Source of the DNA: Octopus sinensis | Lineage: Eukaryota | Direction: 5' to 3' | DNA: 64,000 bases | Assembly (NCBI RefSeq): GCF_006345805.1 | Contig: NC_043001.1 | Location: 123,876,001 to 123,940,000, forward strand | Part shown: positions 1-13,380 of the stretch, one piece after another | Position numbering within the stretch: position 1 is the first letter of the stretch | Layout: each line of letters begins with the position of its first letter | The notes under the pieces: model-generated | What the model was told of the DNA's origin: nothing | The model's input: the letters and a program-made list of their open reading frames with translations, nothing else | The model's database searches: none | Translations under genes and position numbers: made by a program

Positions 1-256
1 TTAACGCTCGACTATGACCGTTATTTGAAAGGACCAATCAAACAAGTCCATTTTTAAAGGTGTAGCGTTTATACTAGTCTTGATAGAATTGTCATATCGG
101 TTCTATTTTAACAAAAATGTCCGACGAACGGGAACGTGAAACTCCGAGTAACAGGTTTTGTGGAATTTCTGCTGCTTTTAAATAAAGCATATTACTCTAC
201 CCTTGGTATTTGAGTACTCCTTTTTCCATCTTGTTTCACATGTATGTGTTTACTCC

Positions 257-290
<34 letters not shown>

Positions 291-292
<2 letters not shown>

Positions 293-440
293 GGGATTCT
301 TTCAATTTCCTCTTACCAAATCCGCACACCGGGCTTTGGTCGGCCCGTGGCCATAGTAGAAGACACATATCCAAGGTGCCACACAGTGAGACTGAACGTA
401 GAACCATACGGTTGGAAAGCAAACTTCTTACCACACACTC
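291..440 (-). mobile_element. tRNA-derived SINE family A, 5' half
   Basis: Reverse complement reads GTGTGGTAAGAAGTTTGCTTTCCAACCGTATGGTTCTACGTTCAGTCTCACTG..., matching copies at 43885 and 53553; abuts a (TA)n linker. Confidence 0.8.
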
Positions 441-1183
441 ATTAACAGGTATATGTGAATTTCTATGTATATAAATGCACAGACGTAGACACACATGCAC
501 AAACACAGATACACACACAAACTCATGTGTGTGTATTTGTATGATATATGTATATTGCTTTTTTGTCGTTTTCCCAAATAATTAATATAAGTAGAGACTA
601 CCACCTGTCACTTTGGATTCTACTTTTTTAAGATATATGTATATGTGTGTGGGGAAATATGTGTTTGTGTGATCCGTGTGGATGGGGTTTGAGTGCATAT
701 ATATGTATGTATGTCTCTGTGTATGAATATGGTTGTGTGTGTATGTGATTCCGTGTGTTCTTGTGTGTATCTCTGTGTAACATTTTGCATACTTTTCTTC
801 CTCGGAATTTAAGTGAATAGAAGAAAGAAAAGGAGAAAAAAGACGAGGAAATGGGGAAAGTAGATAGCAATAGGTAATAAATACAATATAACGATAAAAA
901 ACAAAAAAATTGCAGGTGAAATTGGTTGCAATATTTGTTTCTTTAACATGGTTTTACTAATGGATAGATTTATCAAAATATCACAGTAAAACACACATAT
1001 ATATGTGAAATATGTGAGTGTATATACACATATATATACACAGACACATGCTGAAAATTCCAGCCAGGATCTAAACCATATGGCACATGGAATTAAGAAG
1101 CGGGCATTTTAAACTGGTCATGATGCATACGTGCTGTATTTTATGTATATTATATATATATATATATTATATATATATATATA

Positions 1184-1218
<35 letters not shown>

Positions 1219-1270
1219 TGTGTCTGTGTATGCGTGTGTGTATGTGTGTTTATGTTCCTCTCTACGTATA

Positions 1271-1327
1271 TTCCACTGATGAGGCAAAGCACGTCTAAAT
1301 GCAAAGTCAGAAATCCAGGATCTTGAA
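1271..1327 (+). ncRNA. Degenerate type I hammerhead ribozyme motif
   Basis: TTCCA-CTGATGA-...-GAAA-TCC-A-GGA-TC-TTGAA. Core and palindromic stem III are present, but the first stem II pair and one stem I pair are mismatched. Confidence 0.35.
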
Positions 1328-1584
1328 TTATCCAATAATGTTTTACTAGTTTTATTTTTGTCTTTTTGTCTTCTCTCCTTGTGCTATATTTAACACTTAA
1401 GGTGGTTTTAGAGTCAGATCGTGGCTGCTATTCTACGCATGGCTGTATCTCGTAGATACCCTAAGTTATAACTTTAATAATAATTATTACCTTTGAAGGT
1501 TCTTATTTCCATGCTGGCCACTTGATAAGATCGTTATTTAATTTAAATAACGATATTATCCTTATATATATATAAGGATTTTAT

Positions 1585-1627
<43 letters not shown>

Positions 1628-2080
1628 GCGTGTGTGTGTGTGTGGTTGTGTGTTTATTGTGTGTGTATGTGTGTTGGTGTATGTACTGGTCCGGTGGATG
1701 AAAAATAGGAATGGCTAGATGTCTAATCTATAATCATCTGTGACATTTATGTATATATTCGTATTTGTATTTTATGGAATAAGCCGGTTATGTCTAGCTA
1801 GCTGTGTGCCAAAACATAATGCTGTGGTTTTGGGCGAAGCTGATTTGGTGCAGGTCAAATTCCATAGGCAATATGTGGTCGACCAGTAATTAAGCATTTA
1901 TTTCTCTTCATCGAACAGGATTTAAATTTGTGTTTTCCGCAGTCATTGCAGGTATACGGTGAAGAATCTGTATTCTTGCCTTGAGTACAGAGGTTTTTCT
2001 GATGAACGCCGAGAGGGTATTGCCTAACTTTTGTGTGTAAAGCCGGTTCCTGAATTTCGGTCAAATGGCTCTATAATATT

Positions 2081-2311
2081 TATTTCTTTATTACTCACAG
2101 GGGATAAACAAAGAGGAGACAATCAAGGACAGACAAACGGATTAAGTAGTTTACATTGACCCAGTGCGTAACTGGTACTCTTAATTTATCGACCCCGAAA
2201 GGGTGAAAGGTAAGTCGACCTCGCGGAATTTGAACTCAGAACGTAACGGCAGACGAAATACGGCTACGCATTTCGCCCGGCGTTCTAACGTTTCTGCCAG
2301 CTCGCCGCCTT
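2081..2311 (-). mobile_element. tRNA-derived SINE family B, full length, 17-bp TSD
   Basis: Head AAGGCGGCGAGCTGGCAGAAACG, B-box-like GAGTTCAAATTCC, tail AATAAAGAAATA; TSD AATGGCTCTATAATATT at 2064-2080 and 2312-2328. Confidence 0.9.
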
Positions 2312-3167
2312 AATGGCTCTATAATATTGCTATGTATATGTTCATGTTCACCCCCCCCCCCGCAACATACACACGCACATACAAACAAACGCACATACAT
2401 GCACAGCTATACATAGATACAGAGATATATGTGTGTGTGACTGTATGTGTATATGTATGTATGCATATGCATGTACATGTACACGTTCGGGAATGGATAA
2501 ACATATTGTTGCTATGTATGCGTAACACCTGGCTTCAATGAATTTGCTGTGTTTTGAGATTCGTTACTATCAATATGGATATTGTGCTTATACAATTTTC
2601 ATTTTCAATCTGTAAGAATGAAAAAAAAAACGAGTTAGTAAGAAAGAACAAAAAAACTAGCGCGCGGAAGGCACGNNNNNNNNNNNNNNNNNNNNNNNNN
2701 NNNNNNNNNNNNNNNNNNNNNNNNNNNNNNNNNNNNNNNNNNNNNNNNNNNNNNNNNNNNNNNNNNNNNNNNNNNCTGGTCCGGTGGATGAAAATAGGAA
2801 TGGCTAGATGTCTAATCTTATAATCATCTGTGGACATTTAGTATATATTCGTATTTGTATTTTATGGAATAAGCCGGTTATGTCTAGCTTTGTGCCAAAA
2901 CATAATGCTGTGGTTTTGGGCGAAGCTGATTGTGCAGGATCAAATTCCATAGGCAATATGTGGTCGACCAGTAATTAAGCATTTATTTCTCTTCATCTGA
3001 ACAGGATTAAATTTGTGTTTTCCGCAGTCATTGCAGGTATACGGGTGAAGAATCTGTATTCTGCCTTGGAGTACAGAGTTTTTCTGATGAACGCCGAGAC
3101 AGGGTATTGCCTAACTTTTGTGTGTAAAGCCGGTTCCTGAATTTCGGTCAAATGGCTCTATAATATT

Positions 3168-3399
3168 TATTTCTTTATTACTCACAGGGGGATAAACAAA
3201 GAGGAGACAATCAAGGACAGACAAACGGATTAAGTAGTTTACATTGACCCAGTGCGTAACTGGTACTTAATTTATCGACCCCGAAAGGGTGAAAGGTAAA
3301 GTCGACCTCGGCGGAATTTGAACTCAGAACGTAACGGCAGACGAAATACGGCTACGCATTTCGCCCGGCGTTCTAACGTTTCTGCCAGCTCGCCGCCTT
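3168..3399 (-). mobile_element. SINE family B (second copy within the gap-flanking duplication)
   Basis: Same element and same TSD as 2081-2311. Confidence 0.9.
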
Positions 3400-3759
3400 A
3401 ATGGCTCTATAATATTGCTATGTATATGTTCATGTTCACCCCCCCCCGCAACATACACACGCACATACAAACAAACGCACATACATGCACAGCTATACAT
3501 AGATACAGAGATATATGTGTGTGTGACTGTATGTGTATATGTATGTATGCATATGCATGTACATGTACACGTTCGGGAATGGATAAACATATTGTTGCTA
3601 TGTATGCGTAACACCTGGCTTCAATGAATTTGCTGTGTTTTGAGATTCGTTACTATCAATATGGATATTGTGCTTATACAATTTTCATTTCAATCTGTAA
3701 GAATGAAAAAAAAAACGAGTTAGTAAGAAAAAACGGGCTAGTAAGAAAGAAAGAAAAAA

Positions 3760-4030
3760 ACTAGCGAGCGCGGAAGGCACGTGCGACGAGGCCGACCGGG
3801 CTGCATGAGTAAAGGTATGTGGGCGCACGGCAGCGACGACGTCGTGTAGGCGCAGGCGAAGAAGGAACCGAACGTTTGATGGTGAGAGGACGAACGAACG
3901 GAACGGCGGCGGATGCCGGCAGGCGAGCGAGTGAAGCTGCCGAAGCATAAGGCGTAGAACGACGGCAACAGCAGGGACGAGAGCGCTCACTTTAGGGCGG
4001 GTGTGGCGGCCTTAGGTATGTTCTGTCAAG
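3760..4030. other. GC/CpG-rich island of unknown nature
   Basis: Abrupt GC- and CpG-rich non-repetitive block in AT-rich background; two AG|GTATGT donor-like motifs on the + strand. Confidence 0.5.
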
Positions 4031-4163
4031 GTGGTCATAGATGAACTGCAGAGGGAGGCATAAGTACATGTATATATTATTATATACATATAATATACAT
4101 ATTATATATATATATATATATATATACATATATATTCACACACAACGAACACACACACACACC

Positions 4164-4201
<38 letters not shown>

Positions 4202-5025
4202 TGGAGTTAACGCAGGTGTAAACAAATTATTTTCCGTTTTAAATTGTTAACAAGGTAAAATACACTCATCATTTGTATAATATATATAATAATATATAAT
4301 TATATATATATATTATATATTATTATATATATATATTATATATATATTTGAAATGCTGTGAGTCTCGTATGATACCTCACTCGCGGTACTAAAATGAAAT
4401 GAACTAGTGAGCGACCCTTTGCAACCTATAGCTAAGGAATTTGTTCTACACCAGATTTGTCATTACCATCTATCGCCAACTGGTAAAAAAATTGGACGCT
4501 GACACATTCCTTTTCCTCTCATCTGAAATATAAATCAAGCTTTTGTAAGCAACGTTATGTGGAGAAATATGTTCATTTTTTTTTATTGCTAGTTTCCACT
4601 ATCTTCATATGAATTCTTGACACTGGTAACATTTTGTTGGACCAGTCGATCGATATTTGTCAATGGCTTCATCGTTCGTTTCTTGGTAGTTTATCGCAAA
4701 TATAGTGCTGCAAACTTCACATAACCTTGCCATGCGTAAGACAACGATGTTCGAAGAGCTGGAGATGGTAAGAAGAAGCTGAATAACAAGAAATAGTAAT
4801 TCAAACTCGCCTAAGTTTATTTGGAAGCCTAAAAAAAAAAAAAACAAATTATTTACCAACCAAGACCTCAGCCCTAACATAACAACTAAATTTGTTCCAA
4901 TTAACTTTTATTCCATTCTTTATTTAGTTTCTGAATACATCAATATCTGGCAAAGTTACAAGACAAAATATTTTGGATTCAAAGCAAGAATAATGTGATC
5001 GCAATTTAAGTTATTATCCATTTAC

Positions 5026-5077
<52 letters not shown>

Positions 5078-5115
5078 ATTATTATTATTATTATTATTAT
5101 ATTATTATTATTATT
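5026..5115. repeat. (ATT)n microsatellite
   Basis: Near-perfect ATT run of about 90 bp. Confidence 0.98.
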
Positions 5116-5939
5116 AATATGTTGGTAGAGGAACATTGAGAAATATATAATTCTTCCTCTTTGTATTTTATACTTATGGAAACAAAAATTTGCTTAGCTT
5201 TGTCTTCCAATTAATATTTGTTCATTCTTAGCTTATTTGCTATTTGCAAAGCAAACAAAATTACTGAATAGACAGATCTGTATTGCCCAGATATATCATT
5301 GGAGTCGTATTTTGTATTTTTGTGACTCTAATGGAAATAATGCTGATAGAAATCCATTGAAAATTGCCAAACAATTCTTTGTAGATTAATCCAATCTATC
5401 TAACTATATATAAAGGATTTAATGATGGAGATTGACTGCCAGGAATTGTAAAACTTACATGAATAATGCTGATGCAAAGTGCAATACAGAAGAAAAAATC
5501 GGTAGCGAAAAGATGTCACAAAATATTTTTATCCTCGGTAGTGGGAAAAAATTTGGTTGGCCCCATTCTGTCATTTCTTTCTTCGTTCTAAGTTCAAACT
5601 CCACCGATGTCAGTTTTGCCTTTCATTCTTTCGATAAAACCATTTGCCTTCTACTTGTTTCAAAAATGAATTATATTGGTCGATAATAATTCAATCGAAT
5701 TCTGAAGTTGACCGGATCGACTATTACATAGTCACCCACATTTGTAACCGTGCTACAAATCAGTATGGATACTAAAGGTAAAGTTTTAAATCACTCTGAA
5801 ATAAAAGTTATTAAATGCATATTCTCCCGGATATTATGGGATGCGGGGAGTTTATATCCCACCAAATATATTACAAAAGAACGAACGAAAGGAAAACATT
5901 GCGAGGCGTACTGCATAGTATTTTAAAATATTGGTTTCA

Positions 5940-6025
5940 AATTGTGGCACAAGGGCAACAATTTCAGGGGAGGGGTTCAGTCGCTAAATATTTTGCCCGA
6001 CGTGCCAAGGATTCTGCCAGCTCAA
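5940..6025 (-). mobile_element. Degraded, internally deleted SINE B-related fragment
   Basis: TTTTGCCCGACGTGCCAAGGATTCTGCCAGCTC matches the family B head. Confidence 0.6.
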
Positions 6026-9000
6026 TGCCTAGTATTTTAGAATATTGAGAGAAGATGACGTTAGCAATTCAAAATTTCACAAAGTAAGTAAGAAAAAAAA
6101 AAAAGAAAATTATAATCCTCGGTAACTCTAGTCCAACTTTCTGAAATTTTCTTTACAAATCGATAATATTATAACGATTTTCTTTGTATGAAAAATGACT
6201 TTTGAGCAAGGATTTTGCGATTTAAAAGAACTAGGTTGATAACTCGACTTATCTTTCCTTCTGATAATAACCTTACTTAGAATGTATCGCAGGTTTTTTT
6301 ACATTGCAGATCAGATGCAATTCAGCTAACAAGCATGCATATTTGAAAATGTTTTGAATATTTATGGGCCAGGAGAATGAAATATGTGCTGGGGCCTATC
6401 TCATCTTTTTGAACATTAATTGACAAAAATCTAATTTCGTGAATAATAAAACGTTTCTGACAAAGTACTTGCTTTGAATAGCAAAGTGAGCAATAATGTA
6501 ACGCAATGTCTCTGCAATTCTTTGCGTTACATTTTATAGATTTATTGCAAGGTGGACAGAACATCAAAACAAGCGCTTTTACAGTGGTTCCTTGATTAAC
6601 GGCAATTATAACAAACACACAGGTAACTTTGTTTTTATAGTTTTATCTAAAGAACTCCAAGATCTTGTATTACATGGTACTGTTTCACCTTGGATTTCTA
6701 AAAACATAAAATATATACATTTCCAGTTACCAGGGTACGAAGTGTTACATAATTTTCCACGACGGAACAATAAAATAAGATAAAATAAATAAAAAAGAAA
6801 AAGAAAAAATAGAAATAAGTAAATAAATAAATAAATAAATAATAAATAAATTATTGTTGCTGTTATACGTGTGAAAAAGAATGCCTTTTCTAAAGATTTA
6901 TCAAAAAGTAGCGACAAAAGATGGAACGGAAAGAGAAAGAGAAAAGGGAGAAAGAGAGAAGGGGAGAGGTAGAAGAAAGCTAGAGACAGACAGAGAGAAG
7001 GAGAAAAAAGAGAAAGGGTTAAAGAGAGAAAGAAAGAGGGAGAAATGAGACAAACCCACAGAAGCGGAGGAGAGCGGTTGATGGTAGTGAGTCATTCAAG
7101 TTATGTATGATCGATGTAGTTTGGTGAATGCTGTAGAAATAGTGAGAGAAACGGTATAGAAATAAGGATTCTGCTGAATGCCGAATCTTCAGTAGATTTA
7201 AATTATTAATTTAATAAATGTGGCTATTCAACAACAGATCAAAGACAATAAATTGAGTAGAAATACCACATTGCTTTATGGAACTTCTTGTATCTTAAGT
7301 ACGACCAATATTTCGCCCTCAGTATTGAATAATAAAAATAGACGGTCAATTAGTAGAATTGTTAGATGCCAGACAAATGTCTCGTAGTAATTGCTTCGGC
7401 GCCTAATGTTCTGAGGTCAAATCCCGTCGAGGTCACACATAAGTCTTTCATCCCATTGTAGCTGTCTCAATATATAAGTCCTCTACTGAAGCGGATTCTT
7501 ATAACTCGCAGTTTCGGTTTCGTTTACGTTACATTCTAAGAAGCGCGTGCAGATGATGCATAATATCTCCTGTAGTGTTGTCAATGGTGAAGAATTAAAA
7601 TCTGGCAACCTCTTCTCCTCCATGATATTACAATACAAGAACTCTGTAAAGATGCGACTAATCGCGACCGCCTTTGACGGACTGACTGGTTGTATAGCAT
7701 TTGAATGGAACGGTTAGTTGATATTCTTATTCGGAAGTCTGATATATACCGTTAATCACTTCATTTTTATTCCCTTTCTGTTTTTATATAATCAAAAAAG
7801 GGGCTTCCCGAAACATAAGCTTATATGGTCGGTTTCCTGGATTCTGTGCTGTATGTATTCCTTACTGGACGGGACACCGGTCCGTCGCAGGATTACTCAG
7901 GTTTTCCAGCTGAGTGGACTGGAGCAAGGTGAAATAAAGCGTTTTGCTCAATAACTCAATGAATCGCCCTGTCCATGAATACCTGAATCAAAATCTGTTG
8001 AACATGAGTGTAACACGCTAATCACAAAAGCACGCGTACCACGTCTTTATAGAATACACACACACAAAAATACTTGACCCTCTCTGCACTCACACACACA
8101 AGCACACATACACACAGATGGATTCGGGTCAAGATTTTCGTTTATGAGTGTTTGGTTGTTCAATCAGCTAACCTATCCGGCTTGACTTGTAGGCAGCTAA
8201 GTAATTAAAAGACTGTACATTCTCAGGCAAAATAAGCGCGATCGTCGACTTAGATTCACTTACAAGATATGGATCACACAGAGACTATATAGAATATGGA
8301 TTATCGATTCAGCCAATCAACAGATTCGAAACTAGAACATAAATTAATGTGTAGCGAACTACCGAGCCATTCGGCCATACTGCGCTTATGCACACACACA
8401 GACACACAGACATACACACACACGTATACGCACATACACACACATACGCACACACATTCACAAAGACATTTACTTACATGCATACGCATACGCATACACA
8501 TACACACAATGCACAAATATGTGTATGTATCTATGGGTGTATATGTGTGTGTCGCTGCATTTTGTTTGCATCTTTATATATAAATATAGTTTACCCACAA
8601 AATATTACCAAACACGTTTGAAGCTCTTGCCTCAGTTTCCAAATCCTGTAGATTTGTTGAATTTTGTAGTGACTTAATTTGAACAATATATAAAACCTTT
8701 TGAACCTATTGTGCGTGAGCTATCAAAGAAGAAATAAAAAAGGAAACGTCTTGATATATTATACAGAATTTTAACCTTACATGTACGAAGTTTAACCTTA
8801 CATGTACGAATTCAATTGTCACTAGGTTCGTTTGCTGAACAAAGAGAATTTGATGAACTGGCTTAGATGCACACAATGGAACGTATATCCTTCGTGGGCC
8901 ACAGGCAACATAACCCACCCAAGGTGAAGCTGGGTACTAAACTTGATAACCTCACTACTTAAACCGAGTACTACATTTTATGACTCCACTGCTTATTTTC

Positions 9001-10084
9001 CTCTTCTAGTTATGGATGAGATAAATGTTTCTTTAAATTAATTAAAGAAGAATTTTATTGGAAAAACCAATTGAATTGGAAATTACGAGCGCACGAACGG
9101 CAGAACTGGCCAAAAAGAATAACTGATATTTATCACATCTACATAGCACCAAGTTAACATTCTATTATCTAAGCCAGCACGATCCCCATGGAAATGCGAA
9201 GATATTTATGTAAGATATGAAAAAGCGTAAATATATTTCCGATGGTGAAAATTCACATTAAGTTGTTACGCTAAGACATGGTAAAGGAAATATTATGCTG
9301 GACGTTGAGAAGATATTTCTAATATTTATGCATTCTTCGTGTTCTTGCACATTTGCAACTAATTCTTAGATGCTTCATAAGAAGATGTATCATCTTCCTT
9401 TACGATGCTGCATTCTAAATTACGATACTGCATTTTAAATCTCAGGCATTTCCATATTGCCAATGTTTAAGAACGCATCATAATACATTATAAAATATAA
9501 TATGGCATTTCTATAGATTCTCTTGATTGCTGAACTCTGATGAATACCTTTACAACCTATCGACTATATTATCATTGAGGTTCATGTTCATACGGATATT
9601 CCTCATATAAATGCAGTCAGAATAGAAAGTTTCCATTTTTCAAACCACATCTAAGCAGTAATATCTTGGATGGATCATCTTTCACTGTTTCAATGATTCT
9701 CTGGTTTCAATGACTGCAGCTTTGCTTGAGCAAAGCTGTTGAAGAATTTTCCAGTATATATTCTAGTTTCATAGTCTATTTTATCATGAAGCTATGTGAT
9801 ATAAAGGAGCGTATCGTTAACATAAACACTGGTTAATTGGCGCAAAGAAAAACACGTAACCACATTGTTACACTTGCGTCTATATAATCTATCTGTTTTG
9901 CGGAACAGCAAAATATATTACAAGACACCAAAAGAAGTACGAAGAATTAGAATATATTTTAACAACACCTTATGACAAATTACTTTCTAATGAACACACG
10001 TACAAACAACTGATAGCTTAATAAAACATCGTATATGTTGGTTAGACTGATTCAAAGCACATCTGTCCAATGATGGATGCAATA

Positions 10085-10316
10085 TATTTCTTTATTACCC
10101 ACAAGGGGCTAAACATAGAGGGGACAAACAAGGACAGACGAAGGGATTAAATCGATTACATCGACCCCAGTGCGTTAGTGGTACTTAATTTATCGACCCT
10201 GAAAGGATAAAAGGCAAAGTCGACCTGGGCGGAATTTGAACTCACGACGTAACGGCAGACGAAATACCGCTAAGCATTTCGCCCGACGTGCTAACGTTTC
10301 TGCCAGCTCGCCGCCA
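10085..10316 (-). mobile_element. SINE family B, full length, 13-bp TSD
   Basis: Matches family B; TSD AATGATGGATGCA at 10069-10081 and 10317-10329. Confidence 0.9.
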
Positions 10317-10964
10317 AATGATGGATGCAGTAGTCCTGCTCTTAAATCTGTCGTACGCCCATTTTATACCACTGCTGGAATTCACCAATACGATGGCGTC
10401 AAGTCATCTAACACTTCCATAAGTAGTTCTTAATTTTCGAGTGGTACTTCTACATGATGCTCGATCTACTAAGAATAGCAACCAAATACACTCAATTAGT
10501 GTAAAAATACAAAAGAGACATTGTGTAACATACTCCTAGATAGAACTGTCTGAAATATAGGCAGGATGATTACAAATGTAATGCTTTTGTTCAGTCAGAG
10601 CTCATCTGGTGATACGCAGCAACAAAAGCAATTGTTTTTCTAGTAGCGGATCATCATCCTGCTGGAATCAACGAATGATAAGTGTCTTGTAACTGTTTAT
10701 CTCCTTTAAATCCTTCCTCACGTTTCAACACAAACACACACACACGAGCATGAAGTTCATGCTTGCCCTTTACTCCATCAGTCATACATGCATAGTGTTG
10801 CTTCCACATGCGCCTAAACATAAGACTCCACTAACAATCCACTCGCACACATTATATGTCGCCATTATTTGCAGCAATATATTCTATTCACTCACTCAGT
10901 CATACAATCTAGCACATGCCTCTATTATCCACTTCTTTCCTCTTTCTCTTTCGGCCATGACCGA

Positions 10965-11952
10965 CAGTCGAGAACCGTTCACCTACACTATTTCCTCTCT
11001 TTCACTAGGAAGAGTACTGTTCACCTCCACTATTTAATTTCCTCCACTAGAAACAGTACAGCTCACATTTACTATATACTTTTTTTCACTAGAAAGAGTA
11101 CTGTTCACCTCCACTATTTACTCCTCTCCACTAGAAGGAGCACCATCCACCTACACTATTCACTCTCCTTAACGAGAAAGAGTACCGTTCATCTCCACTA
11201 TTTACTTTCCTCCACTAGAAAGAGTACCACTTACCTCCACTATTCCTGCTCCTTCAAAAGGAAGAGTATCGTTCACCTTCACTCACCTCCACTAGGAAGA
11301 GGACCGTTCGTTTCCACTGTGCACTCTCCTCCACTAGAAAGAGTACAGTTCAACTCCACTATTTGCTCCTATCCACTAGAAGGAGTACCGTTTACCACCA
11401 CTATTCAATCCGCTCCGCCGAGAAGAGTACCGTTCACCTCCAGTATTTACTCTCCTCCACTAGAAAGAGAACCGTTCCCCTCCGCAATTCATTCTGCTTC
11501 ACTAGAAAGGCTACATTGCCTCTTCACTATTTACTCTCCTTCACTAGAAAGAGTACTGTTCATCTCCACTATTCACTCTCCTTCACTAGAAAGAGTACGG
11601 TTTACCTTCACTATTCACTCTCCTTCACAAGAAAGAGTATCGTTAACCTCCACTATTCCCGCTCGTCTATGTAAGAGTACCGTTCACCTCCACTATTCAC
11701 TCTCCTTCCCTAGAAAGAGTACCGTTTACCTCCATTATTCACTCTCTTCCATTAGAAAGAGTACTGCACACCTCCATTAGAAAGAGAACCATTCATGTCT
11801 ACTATACACTCTCCTCCACTAGAAAGAGTACCGTTCAACCCCACTATTCACATTCCTTTACTAGAAGTAACAGTACCGTTCGCCTCCTCTATTCACTCTC
11901 CTCCACTAGAAAGAGTATCGTTCGCCTCCACAATTCACTCTCCTCCACTGAA
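10965..11952. repeat. 42-bp minisatellite, about 23 diverged units
   Basis: Consensus CCACTAGAAAGAGTACCGTTCACCTCCACTATTCACTCTCCT; produces the 303-aa repetitive ORF 10869-11780. Confidence 0.95.
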
Positions 11953-12750
11953 AACTATAATCCCACTACACACTTCCACATGTTTTCAATCATGACTTCT
12001 GAATAATATCTGTGTAATTTTTGGCTTGACTCTTTTCGAATTTCCTAACTACTTTATCTGCGCCTTGTAAAAAGGCTTTGCTCAAAAAATCTTAACTGAT
12101 ATTCTTTACTGTGATACATCAATATGAAGTTTAAATAATATCATATTGAAAACCTCAATGACTCAGCACTATGAAACAAATTTTTAAAATGTGCTAATTT
12201 CCATTTAGATAAACTAAACATAGCATTACCTGATACAACTTTTCTTAACAAAATCGTTATTATTTTGATACAGTCCTAACGTAATTTAGTGTAAAATGTT
12301 CTTGCTAAAACATCTATTCGCTAATCAACGACCTATGAACGATGAATGAATTTTAAACAGGTGCTTAATCTTGTGGAAAATATTTTCCCCAGTTTTTTTA
12401 CTAGCTCGTTAATGGTGTTCAGTCGAATGAATTAATATAAAAGTGTTCTCTAAATTCATATCATCATGATAAATACGAAGGATTCTGTTTTCCTGGCGAA
12501 GGGCGTATTAAATCGACGTTGAGTAAATTAAAGAAAGTTACTTTTATTACTTAATTAATACATATTGCATTTCCAGAATGCAAAGAAACTTAACATTTTG
12601 ATTATGTGTTGTTTTGCTCTCAGACTATGTTTGGATATTTGTGTGTGTTTGTGTGTGCGTGCGTGTGTGCAACCGTGCATGTATATTTGTTTCTACATAC
12701 ACACACACACACACAAACACACATATTATATATATACACACATACGATTG

Positions 12751-13132
12751 TTGGAAGCACTCCGTCGGTTCCGACGACGAGGGTTCCGGTTGATCCGATC
12801 AATGGAACAGCCTGCTCGTGAGATTAACGTGTAAGTGGCTGAGCGATCCACAGACACGTGTACCCTTAACGTAGTTCTCGGGGATATTCAGCGTGACACA
12901 GAGAGTGACAAGGCCGGCCCTTTGAAATACAGGTACAACAGAAACAGGAAGTAAGAGTGAGAGGAAGTTGTGGTGAATGAGTACAGCAGGGATCACCACC
13001 ACCCCCTGCTGGAGCCTCGTGGAGCTTTAGGTGTTTTCGCTCAATAAACACTCACAACGCCCGGTCTGGGAATCGAAACCGAGATCCTATGACCGCGAGT
13101 CCGCTGCCCTAACCACTGGGCCATTGCGCCTC
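12751..13132 (-). mobile_element. tRNA-derived SINE family C, full length, 32-bp TSD
   Basis: Head GAGGCGCAATGGCCCAGTGGTTAGGG (A box) and GGTTTCGATTCCC (B box); identical 32-bp flanks at 12719-12750 and 13133-13164. Confidence 0.92.
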
Positions 13133-13325
13133 ACACATATTATATATATACACACATACGATTGAGTGGACAAGTGAAAGAAAGGTACTTGACACATTTA
13201 ATAAGAGACATATAAGTTAAAGCCAATTGATTTGGCCCTATGCAAATTAATGTTTCATTTGCATATTACAGGAACCTAGTTCACCTGCCTCAGGCGGCCA
13301 AATGGGAGCGAATCACGGTGTTTTA

Positions 13326-13371
<46 letters not shown>

Positions 13372-13380
13372 GTAATAATA
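13326..13380. repeat. (AAT)n microsatellite abutting the R4/Dong remnant
   Basis: About 18 AAT units. Confidence 0.97.

Larger units (their letters stand above)
1686..3781. repeat. ~1-kb direct duplication (1686-2675 and 2776-3781) flanking a 100-N gap (2676-2775)
   Basis: Both copies start CTGGTCCGGTGGATG and end GGAAGGCACG; differences are mostly 1-nt indels. Confidence 0.95.

Noticed and set aside
4605-4827. Minus-strand frame after a strong acceptor, with CxxC...CYQC
   Set aside because: No recognisable domain, partner exon or downstream support.
6322-6618. Cys-rich ORF (FCPPCNKSIKC) resembling a hAT/BED-type zinc finger
   Set aside because: His ligands and the downstream transposase sequence are absent.
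10965-11952. Minisatellite as a CRISPR-like array
   Set aside because: Units are contiguous and diverged with no unique spacers, in eukaryotic context.
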